Positions 50,150 through 63,355 of a stretch of DNA of 64,000 bases are shown in pieces. Each line of letters starts with the position of its first letter. Position 1 is the stretch's first letter. The notes under the pieces are model-generated. The model searched no databases. It had not been told where the DNA came from and was given only the letters and a program-made list of their open reading frames with translations. Origin of the DNA: Carcharhinus longimanus (taxonomy: Eukaryota); assembly GCA_030264375.1 (NCBI GenBank), contig JASCQW010000027.1, positions 98,565,776 to 98,629,775 on the forward strand, written 5' to 3'. A program made the position numbers and the translations under genes.

Positions 50150-52232
50150 TATGAGTTGGAGGTGCTGGCGTTGGACTGGGGTAAACACAGTAAGAAGTCT
50201 CACTACACCAGGTTAAAGTCCAACAGATTAATTTGGTAGCACAAACTTTCGGAGGGCTTGTCAGTCTACACTCTTCAACCAGACAAAATCGAAGTTCTCA
50301 GCCAAGGGCTCGACTTCTGTCCCACCACCAAAATGGACCCCATCAGTCTCACAGCAGACAGAGAGGAATTGATCAGGCGAATGAGGCGGTGGGAGTTCTT
50401 CCACAAACCCCAAGAGGCCAACAGCGAACCCAATGAGACAGCGAATGAACCAGAACAGCCGAGAGATCCACAGTGCAGCAACCAAAGAGGAAAGAGTCGA
50501 ATTGGACCCCTCCGGAAGGCCGCTGCCCTCGCCTCGACATGTATGCCCAAGCCATCAAGCGGTGCATCAATGCCAGATTCATTAGCCACACTCACAAGAC
50601 AGCCCGAAANNNNNNNNNNACTGAACAGAATGGATTACTGCAAGGAAGTGTACAAACAACTGAACAATGAGGAACACTGCAGACAGTTACCCGCAGATCC
50701 ACACCCAACTGAACAGACTGATCAAGACTTTGACCCGGACCTTCAGAGCACTCTGTGTGCTCTCATCCCACGTACTCCCCATATTGGAGATCTCTACTGC
50801 CTCCCAAAGATACACAAGGCCACCTGGCCATCCCATCGAATCAGGCAATGGGAACCTGTGTGAAAACCTCTCCTTCTACGTCGAGGACATCCTGAAACCC
50901 ATCGTGCCAAGAACCCTTTGCTTCTGTNNNNNNNNNNNNNNNNNNNNNNNNNNNNNNNNNNNNNNNNNNNNNNNNNNNNNNNNNNNNNNNNNNNNNNNNN
51001 NNNNNNNNNNNNNNNNNNNNNNNNNNNTGAAAACCTCTCCTTCTACGTCGAGGACATCCTGAAACCCATCATGCCAAGAACCCTTAGCTTCTGTTGCTAC
51101 ACTATGGACTTCCTACAGAACGGTAGCACACATGGAGCAGTTGAACCAGGAGCACTCCTTGTCACAATGGATGTCTTGGCACTCTAGATCAGCATCCCCC
51201 ACGACGATGGCATTGCTGCAGCTGCCTCAGTACTCAACGCCGACAACTGCCAAGTTCCAGAAGTAATTTACAACTCATCCGCTTCATCCTGGACCACAAC
51301 GTCTTCACCTTCAACAAACAGTTCTTCACCCAGACTCACGGAACAGCCATGGGGACCAAATTCACACCTCAATATGCCAACATCTTCATGCATCGGTTCA
51401 AACAAGACCACTTCACTGCACAGGACCTTCAGCCGATGCTGTACACGAGATACATCGATGACATTTTCTTTCTTTCATTTGGACTCACAGCAAACAATCA
51501 CTGAAACAACTACATAATGACATCAACAAGTTCCATCCCACCAACAGACTCACCATGTATTACTCTCCAGAAGTTTTGGACACAGGCATCTCCATCAAGG
51601 AGAACACCATCCACCAGGTATGCGGTACATACTCTTGCAACTCGGCCAACATTGTCTACCTGATACACTGCAGGAAAGGATGTCCCAAGGCGTGGTAAAT
51701 CAATGAGACCATGCAGATGCAACAATAACGGATGAATGGACACCACTAAACAATTACTAGGCAGGAGTTTTCCCTTCCTATATGAGAACACTTCAGCAGT
51801 CAAGGGCATTCAGCGTTCTCCAAGGCGGCCTTCAAGACACACGACAACACAGAATCAGTGAGCAGAAACTGATAGCCAAGTTCCGCACGCATGAGGACAG
51901 CCTCAACCGGGATCTTGGGTTCATGTCACGCCATCTGTAACCCCCATGANNNNNNNNNNNNNNNNAAAATCTCACTAACTGTCCTGTCTGGAGACAATTC
52001 ACACCTCTTTAACCTGTGCTTAACCCTCTCTCCACTCACATTATGTGTAGCTGTAAAGACTTGATTACCTGTAAAGACTCGCACTCCAACCGTTACCTTG
52101 TAACTAAGTCTGTGTCTGTAAATGCCCTGTTTGTGAACCCAACTCTCCACTCACCTGATAAAAGGGCAGTGCTCTGAAGGCTCACGCTAATAAACAAACC
52201 TGTTGGACTTTAACCAGGTGTTGTGGGACTTT
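50150..52232 (+). mobile_element. Penelope-like element family B: decayed RT + GIY-YIG with inverted 5' terminal repeat
   Basis: EVLSQGLDFCPT, LYCLPKIHK, LLVTMDVLAL, QTHGTAMG (51340), YIDDIF (51451), VYLIHCRKGCPKAW*INET (51654), EQKLIAKFRTHEDSLNRDLG. The 3' repeat 52148-52232 is present inverted, with an extra tail, at 50150-50253. Many frameshifts and deletions. Confidence 0.92.
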
Positions 52233-52732
52233 GTAGCAGTAAGTTAGCCATTGCTGTCGGCTGGCACAGTCATTTCATTCTGCTGGCAGAACTTCACTGT
52301 TGCTGCTAAAATCCTGTCCCACGTGGCTTCTGTCTTCCCTACTGAGCTACCACAGTTTCTATAAGCAGACCAAATTGCTGGTGCACAAAGATCTTCCTTC
52401 TCTCCTGAATCTGAATTAGCACACCCCAGTTTCAGAAGCAACTCTGTGTGATGCCAACTCCTTACTGCAGGATAAATTGCCTCTCCACCATGTGTCCCCA
52501 TCAGCACAGAAGCATAAAGAAACATTGAAATATAGAAAGTAGAAGCAGGAGGAGGCAATTCAGCAACTTGGTCCATCAGTCATTTTGAGCATGGCTGATC
52601 ATCAAATTCTCCCTCACTCCCATATCCCTTGATAGAAAGCTAATGCATGACTAGACTCTTGCGTCCAAACAAATCTGCTCCAAGATTTATTTATAGAAAT
52701 CTTAGAAACCAAAAGATAACACAAGGTACTAA

Positions 52733-52925
52733 AGTTTCCAGTTTATTTATTATTTTCACAAGTAGGCTTACATTAACACAGTAATGAAGTTACTGTGAAA
52801 ATCCCCTAGTCCCCACACTCCTGTTCGGTTACACTGAGGGAGAATTTGGCACGGCCAGTGCACCTCTTTTGGACTGTGGAAAGAAACCAGAGCATCTGGA
52901 GGGAAGCCATGCAGACACGGGGAAA
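52733..52925 (-). mobile_element. V-SINE tail B, partial
   Basis: cacaagtaggcttacattaacacagtaatgaagttactgtgaaaatcccctagtc...tacactgagggagaattt. Confidence 0.85.
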
Positions 52926-53847
52926 ACTACATGAGACCTCCGAGTGTAATAACCAAACCTAAAGAATTCAACAATTCCAAACAAGAATCAGGACCTAGAT
53001 TGTTTTGTTCTCTGCTGGGGCACTCACGCGCCTTTGATTTTCCTATCCACTCAAGTAAATGAGAAGATGACCGCAAGCTGGTGATTGGAAAAACAGAAAA
53101 TGTTGGTTCAAATCTCACATTGTTGTGGCTCTATCGAGCGTATTTTTAGCACTGAAATTTCTGTGGGACGATTGCTCAGTGATTTCTTATTCTGTGTTCC
53201 TCACAAAGGCTCATTAATAAGAGCTCTGGAGAGGTTTACAAGGTGTCTTTTGAAGGTAACACTCAATCAAGATGTTCACAGATTTAATGACTTTGTAGGC
53301 AAAGTGGGGAAAACTTGAATTGCTGACTTCCTTTGTTTATTTGTTCTGGGGATATGAGCATTCTTGGCAAGGTTAGCATTTATTGCCGATCCCTAGCGTG
53401 TTAGTGATGAGCCACCATTTCAAACCACTGCAGTTTGTGCAGTTGAAAGTACTTTGTAGTTCAGGCGGGAATACAGGAATTTTGGCCCAATGAAGAGGAA
53501 GTAACGATGGCATATAGGGTTGATGCGTGACTAGGAAGGTGATGATGTTCCCATACATCTGATACTACGGGCACAGCTTGTATTTATATAGAGCCTACAT
53601 GTACTATACCTTATTTGTAAGTTCAGGACTATGACTACCACTTACCAGACCAAAGACAACAATAACAGACCTGATTGTCGCATATTATCGGGAGCTCATA
53701 GGTTTCGGCAAAGTCTTTTATCATACCCTGTTACCCACAGTTACTGGACCATGGAATGGGAGTTGGAGAGTGCTGGGAGGAGGGAAGGGGCATGAGAATA
53801 GGCAGATGCTGCCTTAATGATAGGGAGAAAACTGCCATCAAAAACTA

Positions 53848-53986
53848 CAGTAAGAAGTCTCACAATACCAGGTTAAAGTCCAACAGATTTATTTGGTATC
53901 ACGAGCTTTTGGAGCGCTGCTCCTTCATCAGGTGAGTGGTATCTTGCTGTGCCAACCCTAGTCCATCACTGGCATCTCCATATCAT
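53848..53986. mobile_element. PLE family B short insertion (inverted terminal repeat plus tail), hammerhead with one core change
   Basis: Minus strand 53899-53935 UCAC CUGAUGA A GGAGC AGC GCUCC AAAA GC UC GUGA (G12 to A at 53910, a CpG-type change). Plus-strand tail ctgtgccaaccctagtccatcactggcatctcca follows. Confidence 0.85.
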
Positions 53987-56142
53987 CGTAAATTAAAGGG
54001 AGCAGCAAATAGTTAATGAACTTACGTGATCGCATCCACTCCTTGAAGTATACAGGATATTCACCAACCTATTGTGTATGATCCTTTATTACTGCGCACC
54101 AACGCAGCTGCAGATCTCTTTGCTACTGTATTGTGATTTCAGACCTTGAACTTTTCACTTCCTTAGCAATTGTTGAGCTTCTTTCTGATTTTGACCTTTC
54201 TTTGCCTTCTTTAGTCAGTCATTGTTTTAATCATTGTATGGCTTCTTTCTCCTGCCTTTCTGTAACTAGATGAAGCAAGGCTGTATAATTTTATAAAACC
54301 ATAATGTTTAAACATTTCATGTATTTTCAATTAATGAGTGGCTTTTAATATTTTCATTGGGAACACTGCACTAAATAAATGTAATTTCTTTATTGTTTTC
54401 ATTAATCTAGTTCATTTTTTGTCAATTATATTTTCATAAAAGTTTCATTGTTTAGAATCAAAATTACAAAAAAAAATGAAGCCTGCTTCATTTTTCCTCC
54501 CACCTTCCCAAAACGTTCTCAAGATTTGGTAACATTTTGATGACAAATTTCTTGCCAATTCATTGTTGTACCTGCTATCATTCCTCTGGCGATATTATTG
54601 TCTAATCAGCCTGCAGGAAATGGGGAAAGATGTGGCAGCATCGACTGGCCTTCCAGTCCTTGTTCCATTCTGATGAATTAGTTGAAATTGAGAACTTGTA
54701 TTATTGGGAGTCTGAGATTAAGCTTTCTTTCAGTACAGCGCATTGTACAGTGCAGTTTTGATATGTCACTGCAGTGAGTTAGAGTTACTTCGATTTTAAA
54801 AGGGTTTCTGATTATTGCAACAATATTTTTCTACTCGTCAATTTACTCTGTATGGTATGATTTTTAAATATGTCATTGAATAATGTATGGAATTTATTAA
54901 TTTTGTCATTTAAAATAAATGTAGTGCGCAAACTAGCAACTTTACTGTGCCTCAAACTTGATCGTTGTGAACAAATCTTTGTAGTTTTTATGTTCGGGTT
55001 AAACTAAACAAATGTATAGTGTCTAACAGGGACCTGTGATGAGCAGTATCCCCGAGTGACTTAAGATTAAGAGTTCTAGCATCCTACGTTATTTTCAGAT
55101 GTGATGCACATCCTTGCAGAGTAAAGCAACTCTATTGGGAGGCATTTCCTTTCTTAGCTTTTTGAAGTCTGCAGCAGTATTTTTGTAGCTTTTTAAAGAA
55201 ACTTACCGCACGGTTTTGGCTTCTTAAAGGAGCATCGAGTTTTCAGAAGATGCTCTGTCCTCCAGCAATTTGCATTAAAAACAATCCCTTCAAAACTACA
55301 TAAAGCACTCCTCAGTCAGATGTTCCATAATTAGGTAAAGATGTTTAACGTTCCCTTCCCCCTCTTGCCTGACGATACCTCTCATCCCCAACCGCAGAAG
55401 AACATCCCCCGCTGCTCCACAGATTCTCTCAAGGCCGTTTTGAAAGCCATTAGGGATTTTTAAAAGTTTACAGCATCAGATTATCTCTTAAATTGATCAC
55501 CGCTAATTAAGGAATCAGTAATGTAGGATGTGGCATTTAGTGGTTATTCTGGAGTCTTGACTGATTTATCTTTGCGGCACGGACGGGACGGAGAGAACCT
55601 TTGCAACAACCTTTGTTCAACATTAAATGGGTGGATTGGATAATAAAGAAATTTGCACACTTTCCATAGGAAAAAATTGATGATTTAAGTGGCACATTCA
55701 TGGTCTATTCATTTTCTTGTAGTTGTATAAACAACACGATTGTACAGAACGATTATACAGTATCAGGAACTCTGTTAGCCTCATTGAGCATTTGTGTTGA
55801 AATGCATGAGAATCTCTCATGTTCAGATCCTGGGTAAGTCTTCAGATGTGCAACATCCCTTCACATCTAATGAGGCTTGAGAAGAGACATGAAACCTAGT
55901 TCAATTCCCATATCATTCTGTTCATAATAAGATTATGTATTATGTCTCAGTGGAACCATATTTCATTTATGATAAGAAATCTCTGTTCATTACTTCAAAA
56001 GTTTTTTCCAACAGATTGTGGAGTAACAAAATGTTGATGCTTCAGTTGCAGATGTTTCCTGCCTCCAAAATTTCCTTCAATTTGTGAAGTATGTGCTGCT
56101 TCCTGTTGTTTTAAGCTAATTTCATCACCTAACACTACATTT

Positions 56143-56372
56143 CATAAGAACATAAGAAATAGGAGCAGGAGTAGGCCATCTGGCCCTTCGAGCCTGCCCC
56201 GCCATTCAATAAGNNNNNNNNNNNNNNNNNNNNNNNNNNNNNNNNNNNNNNNNNNNNNNNNNNNNNNNNNNNNNNNNNNNNNNNNNNNNNNNNNNNNNNN
56301 NNNNNNNNNNNNNCTTGGTGTCATCCGCAAATTTCGACACCCTACACTCGGTTCCCACCTCCAGATCATTTC
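56143..56372 (-). mobile_element. young CR1 LINE collapsed around a gap
   Basis: cataagaacataagaaataggagcaggagtaggccatctggcc tail; after the gap, minus-strand DLEVGTECRVSKFADDTK. Confidence 0.85.
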
Positions 56373-57011
56373 CATCCATGTGCTACTGCTAGTACTCTAT
56401 GTCTGGTTCTTATCTTTGGTGCATGGCTTGCTTTTGAAGATAAAACTTGAACATGTAAAGAGGGTGAGTTATGAGGAAAGATATTTGAAGTTCAAGCCAT
56501 ATTACTTGGTATCAATCCAACTAATGGATCAAAATTAGAATGGGCGGAGTGGATAATAGAGAAGTCTGCACACTTTCAATAAAGAAGATTTGATGATTTG
56601 AATGGCATATTCATGCTCTATTCATTCAGCTAGTGGAGAATTTCCTCTTGATTGCTATTGACATTAATGTTGGGCATCTTGATGCCGCACTGAGTCAAAT
56701 ACTTTTAGTCAGACAAGTAATGAAAGTTTGATATGATCCACCACAGAAATAGAGACAAAAGTATTAGAATGTTCAAACTGTGAATGGTTTGAACACTGTA
56801 GTTATGAGCTTTGATAAACCAAATGTCCATTTCCTTTCCTTATGTTCTTGTACATATCATTGATGAAAGCATAAGTGAAACAGTTCACAAAAGCAAATAG
56901 GTATAATACAGTGGATATGTTTTAATTTCAATTTTAAAACATAAGAATGCATACTAATCTGTAGATAATATACTACCAGCCTGGATGTCACCTGTGTTCA
57001 CATTCCAATTA

Positions 57012-57298
57012 GGGTGGCACGGTGGCAGTGGTTAGCACTGCTGTCTCATAGTGCCAGGGACCTGGGTTCGATTCCCAGCTTGGGTGACTGTGCAGAGGTT
57101 GTACTTTCTTCCCTTCTCTGCGTGTGTTTCCTCTGTGTGCTCTGGCTTCCACTGAATGGATTAAGTGGATTGTCAAGGGACTGGCTAGGGTTAATGCATG
57201 GGGTTATGCGGATAGGGTCTGGGTGGGATTGTAGTTGGTGTGGCCTCGATGGACCAAATGACCTCCTTCTGCACTGTAGGGATTCTATTATTCTATGA
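57012..57298 (+). mobile_element. HE1-like V-SINE with tail A
   Basis: gggtggcacggtggcagtggttagcactgctgtctca head; tail gatggaccaaatgacctccttctgcactgtagggattctattattctatga. Confidence 0.88.
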
Positions 57299-58977
57299 TC
57301 TTCAGCCTCTGCTTATGACCTTTATTCTCTGCTGAAATTAAACTATGCGCTACATTGCATTTACAGTATTAGTCAACCCTTTAGAATCTTTGCATAGCTT
57401 TGTATCAGTGACCTTTATTCAGTGCACTGCCTTCATTTTACTTGTTCAGCAGTTATCATAGATATTAGCCCTCCTATTTATGCAAGTTATAAATACAGGA
57501 GAGAGAGGATTGGTTGACAGAGCTGTAATGGGAGGAAGTCCCACAGACACACAGGTCCTCCCAATATTAATGGCAAGACCCCATTACTGTTCTCTCCATC
57601 AAGTTCCTGCCCAGCAGCCAGGTAAATTGACGGGGTGGTTGGCTGCCAGGCAGGGAAGCCAACAGCAGGAGAGAAGAGTCAGGGTCTGCTGGGGACTGTC
57701 CTTGGCAGTCAAGGGAGATTTGGCAAGTAGCAGGGGAGTTGCAGCAGGTTGGGGACTTGTTTGCCCCTTGGGAGGGGTGGGGTGCTTGAAACTGGAAGGA
57801 AGAGCAGCAAGGAGAAATCAAGTTGGGAAGATGGGAGGATGAGGGCTTTCTGAGGGTCCTGGGCGATAAACACTGCTGCCCGTCCTGTTTCACATTGAGT
57901 ACTCTTAAAGAAAAAGCATTGACATCGGGAGAGAGCAACTCTTGTCTTCAATTCACTGTCAGGTTTCCCCACTGTACAAACCTAATTGAAGTGTTCTGTC
58001 TCACTAAGGCAGGACTTGGGCACAATTTGCAATTTGCTGCTGTAAAAGTTGTGACAGACATTTAAAATGCAGCAGGTTGGGAACTTGTTTGCCATTTTTT
58101 AATTTTTATCTCCTGCCCATTGTGGGCTACTGGGTGGTGTAAATAGCAATCAAGTTCCAAGTGTCAAATTTAGCTCATGGCTTTGAGTAAGTAAACTAAA
58201 CATGTTTACAGATCTTGTGCAAAATATTTTGCTCTTTGAGTGGTGCCCTCTTGGCACTGTCAGCCTCAATTTGATTATATTAAATGGCTTGTGATGTTTA
58301 AGTCAACGTTATCTTCAATCTGCAGCAATAGAAGCAGGGCTAGGGATCAACGACAGGGAGCTAATAAAATGCAATCAATCAAGTAAGTAGAGCTTAACGT
58401 GTAAACCACAAAGATAATATTTCAAGTATGTTATATGCACTAACAGGATCCCGCTATCAATTTTCTGGTTATATGTTGAATATTAGCAGGCAGTTTCATT
58501 GTGGATCATTGTTTTGCCCATACCTGGTCCAGACCATTTTGGTCTAACTTATGGGACTTCTCAGAAAGGGTAAAGAGATAGCAATTTCTCTTCTTGTCTC
58601 CCCTCCTCAGCTCATGGGGTCTTGAATTCCTTTGTAGTATCCCACACTTCCCCGGTTCATAGTCCATTTACAGCACTGGGAAATTTCCTCAAATATCATT
58701 AGTGACATTTAACTTATTTCTGTACAGAAAAAATCTAAACCATTCTTCCAAGAACTACCATAGAAGACATTTGTTCAATTATTGATAAAGTATAAATCCA
58801 TACTATAATAATAAATGCCTTTGATGTACAGATTCTTTGGGCATGGCCTATAGACTCACAGCATTGTTGCATTAGATAAAGAGGTCCTTTGGCTTGTTGT
58901 ATCTATGCCAGCTCTCTATCAGAGTACTTTACCTTGTACCATTCCCCCACCTTCTTCCTGGAGTGCTGCATGTTCTT

Positions 58978-59298
58978 GATAGAAGCCATAGAAACCCTAC
59001 AGTACAGAAAAAGGCTATTTGGCCCATCAAGTCTGCACTGGCTACAATCCCACCCAAACCCTACCCCCACATATTTACCCACTAATCCACACATCTCAGG
59101 ACAATTTTAGCATGGCCAATCAACCTAACCTACACATCTTTGGACTAAGGAAGGAAACCAGAGCACCCGGAGGAAACCCACGCAGACACAAGGAGAATGT
59201 GCAAACTCCACACAGACAGTGACCCAAGCCAGGAATCGAACTCAGGTCCCTGGAGCTGTGAAGCAACAGTGCTAACCCACTGTGCTACCATGCCGCCC
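58978..59298 (-). mobile_element. HE1-like V-SINE with tail A, full length
   Basis: catagaaaccctacagtacagaaaaaggctatttggccc tail to gtgctaacccactgtgctaccatgccgccc head. Confidence 0.92.
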
Positions 59299-59834
59299 AT
59301 ACATATATGTAATATATGTACATATTAGATATATTATTTGTGGTCCTGTAATAAAATGTATTTTTTATGATTTCTAGTCTTTTAATATTGTACTGTCACT
59401 GTGCTACATATTTCCAATCATCACTTCCCTCAAACAATTATTAGTCTTTGCATTATCTTCCACAGATACCAATGGAGGTTGGGAAGTATATATATTCCAG
59501 GATGAGGTAGATAGGATTTCTAATGACAAGAGAGTCAAGTATCATGATAAACCGGTAGTAGATGGAGTGACTGGACTCCAGCTCCTATTTCTTCTGATCT
59601 CTGTATTCTGAACAGGAAATGGTTAGTTAGGAAATGTCAATCAGCCTGAATCAGCACCTTCAGAAGAATTGGGAGGGTGAATATTAGATATAGCAGAGTG
59701 AGAATGGAGGGAGAGTGTGTGAGATGGAGATTTACAGTTTTTAGAGAGGGAAGAATGTTTCATAGCAACTAGAATTGTCAGTTCTGAATTTCTATCTTGC
59801 ATTGACACTCATGAAGTTTGTAAACTCTTTACAG

Positions 59835-60256
<422 letters not shown>

Positions 60257-60356
60257 NNNNNNNNNNNNNNNNNNNNNNNNNNNNNNNNNNNNNNNNNNNN
60301 NNNNNNNNNNNNNNNNNNNNNNNNNNNNNNNNNNNNNNNNNNNNNNNNNNNNNNNN

Positions 60357-60740
60357 TCAACCTTCTCTTCAAAGAAAACAATGCCAACTCCTCCAATGTA
60401 TCTACATTATTAAAGTTTCTCATCCCTGGAACCATTCTCTTGAAAGTTTTCTCTCTCTAATGCCTTCATTTCTTTTAAATGTGTCCAGAACTGAATGCAG
60501 TACTCCAGTTGAGGCAAACCTATGTTTTGAACAAGTTTAACATAGCTTTCATGTTTTATATTTGCTTTTGTATATTACGAAAGCCTAGGACGCTGTATAC
60601 TCTCCTAACCTGTTCTACCACGCCCAATGATTTATGCACTTATGCATCTAAGTCCCTGTGCTTCTTCAGAATTGTACCTATTGTATTGTCTCTCTCAATT
60701 CTTCCTCCCAAAATGAATCAATTCTCATTTATAGAGGTCA
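60357..60740 (-). mobile_element. CR1 LINE fragment
   Basis: Minus strand MVPGMRNFNNVDTLEELALFSLKRRL, and PQLEYCIQFW (ccagaactgaatgcagtactccagttgagg). Confidence 0.8.
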
Positions 60741-62924
60741 TTTCTACAACACTAGCACATCAAAATTCCTGTTGTCCTGCTATAACTCCAGCAGGAAACT
60801 AATGGGGAAGCAAAGATCTGTCATCTGTGGAGACATGGCTTCATCAAAGTAAATCATGAGATGGAATAGACCAGAGGGTGACTCCCAACTCAGAAAATCT
60901 CCACTCTTTGAGCTGAATCGGAACCCTATTGATCAATGTTGTGGGGTAGTGCACTCAGCCTGATGATGCATGCTTACCTCCATATGAACTAAAATGGGTC
61001 CCACTGGCAAAAGCCAGGAATTCTTATCAAAGTTTCAAGGGCCTGAGGCAGGGAAGAAGGCAAAGGTGAGTGTGATCCCAGCAGTTACATTGAGATAGCT
61101 ACTTGAGGAACTTCAGTTTGCCAGCGTGGACTCCCAACCCCAAAACATTTTGCTTACCTTTGCACCCCACCTCATTCTCCCATTCCTCACAATTGTCTCC
61201 TCACTCAATATCATCTCTCCACCAAGAAGCAAATAAACTGGCACATGCCTACGTAGCTGGTGAAGAATAACTTCCATGTTTTATACTAACCACCCCAATT
61301 AGAAAGCAATGAGAAGAAATGATTTCACAAAGTCTGATCACATTCCACCTTTGCTGAGGAAAATATTCAATGTTAATTGTCCTCAATCTGCAGATATTTT
61401 ACATCCATTTGATTTTTATGAGAATGTTAACTTCATTGAAAGCTGAAGTATCTAAAAATTTTGTAAACAAACATTATGAATATAATTTGGCAAAACAAAA
61501 ACGAGCCTGAGAGTAAATTACATTTGATGAATATTGGAACATTCTCAAATATATTATGCAAAGCAATCTTGTATCTTGACACACCTTGCATAACTATACA
61601 ATATTGAGGACTTTCATTGCAAGCCAAATTTTTTTTTAATATTGCATTAATTTCTCACTAACTATGTAATCTTTCAGTATGTTTAAACAAGCTGTAAAAA
61701 TATTACACTATACAACTGGTACAAATACATAACAGACTACTCAGCATATACATAATAAATCTAGAGCACATAAAATTCTTGTTGACACAAATCAAATATT
61801 GTTCTTGCCTCATGTAGATGGGTACAATGGCAGGAGTACCGAATTGAATTCTATTCACCAGACATACAATTCTATATCAAAATGCTTATAACTCAAGTCC
61901 AAGCCAGTTTCTTATTGGGAAAACCTTGGATTAGATTTGGGGAAAAATTAAATATAATGCACAAATTTAATGCTTTTAGAAAGAATGTTTGCGAGTAGCG
62001 ATCATCGTGTCTCATGTTATTGATTCTGTCATAAGGTGCACATGAAAGCCTACTTTGTACACTCCTCCGTCTTGGGTGAAAACATCTAAAAGTACTTCAG
62101 TATTGTTGTCTGAGGTTCTAAGATTTATATAGGGTGCAGGATCCACTCTTCACAATGAGAAAATCTTGTACTTTTGGGGTGCAAGTTCCTTTAAGTCCCT
62201 TCCAAATCCCACACCACCTTGATTTGAAATTATATCGCTGTTCCTTCATGGTCACTGGATCAGAATCCTTGAACTCCCTCCTAACAATGCTGTGGATGTG
62301 CCTGCACCATACAGACTACAGCAGTTCAAGAAGAAAATTCACCACCACCTTCTCGAGAGCGTTTGAGATGTGCAATAAACGCGAGCCCCGACAATGATGC
62401 CCACATCCTGTAAACAAAGAAAGAAAAGTCTATCATTATCATCTTTGTGTCTGATCCCTGTACAAGTGTTGTTTGGCCTGCTATGTCTTCACTTACTACA
62501 AAATTTTTGTTTAAATAGCGTAGGCACGATATGCTGAATGGTTTCCATCTGTGTTTCAGTTATATGATTGATGACTTTCTTGTATGTCTCTTTGTCTATT
62601 TCCCACATCTTAAGGTCTTCAGGCCCTTTTTGTTTAATATCCTTCCGAATTTTGTGGGTTACTTTTCACACAGCATTGACCCTTTCAGCAACCACCACTG
62701 GTTTTAGAAATAACGGCTGTAAGAAGTATATCAATCCAACAGAAAAAGCTCCTCCACTCTCTATGCTGTAAGGCTTCTGGTACTTGATTATTGAACTATG
62801 CCTTCCAATCCTTTACCCTATATAAATCTTGGAACTTCAGGCAATAATATTGAAGCACTTCTGGGTGTTTTCTCCTAAGATGGAGGAGTGTACAACGTAG
62901 GCTTTCAACTGCACCTTACATCTT

Positions 62925-63355
62925 TAAAGAAAAAAGGATTAGCGTTAATGTAGCCTTTTTCATGACCACCAACCATTAGAGTGTATTGCAGTTAATGAAG
63001 TATGTTATTTTAGAAGTGCAGAGACTGTTGTAATGTAGGAAATGGCATCAGCCAACTTTGAGCACAGCAAGCTCCCATAGACAGTTAAGTGATAATGACC
63101 AGTTAATCTGCTTTTGTAATGTTGATTGAGGGATAAATATTAGCCAGGACACTGAGGACAAACTCCCATCCTCCTCTTCAAAATAGTACATGGGATATTT
63201 TGCGTCCAGCAGAGAGGGAAGACGGAGCCTTAGTTTAACATCTCATCCAGAAGAGGCATCCTCAGCAGTGTAACACACCCTCAGTGCTGCAAAAGATTGT
63301 CGGCCAAGATTTTTGAGCTCTGATCCTGTAGTGGGATTTGAATCTGGAAACACAG
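62925..63355 (-). mobile_element. DeuSINE (SacSINE1-like), near full length
   Basis: gcacagcaagctccca...gtgataatgaccag...gttgattgagggataaatattagccaggacac...cttcaaaatagtacatgggat...gtttaacatctcatcc, homologous to 22968-23240. Another fragment lies near 24915-25050. Confidence 0.8.

Noticed and set aside
50861-51094. About 67-bp duplication within the PLE RT across a gap
   Set aside because: Flanks a 100-N gap with 2 differences; likely unmerged haplotype or contig overlap.
56588-56700. Possible box C/D snoRNA (TGATGA ... CTGA)
   Set aside because: The terminal stem overlaps box C, there is no recognisable guide, the duplicate copy lacks the same D-box arrangement, and the context looks like LINE debris.
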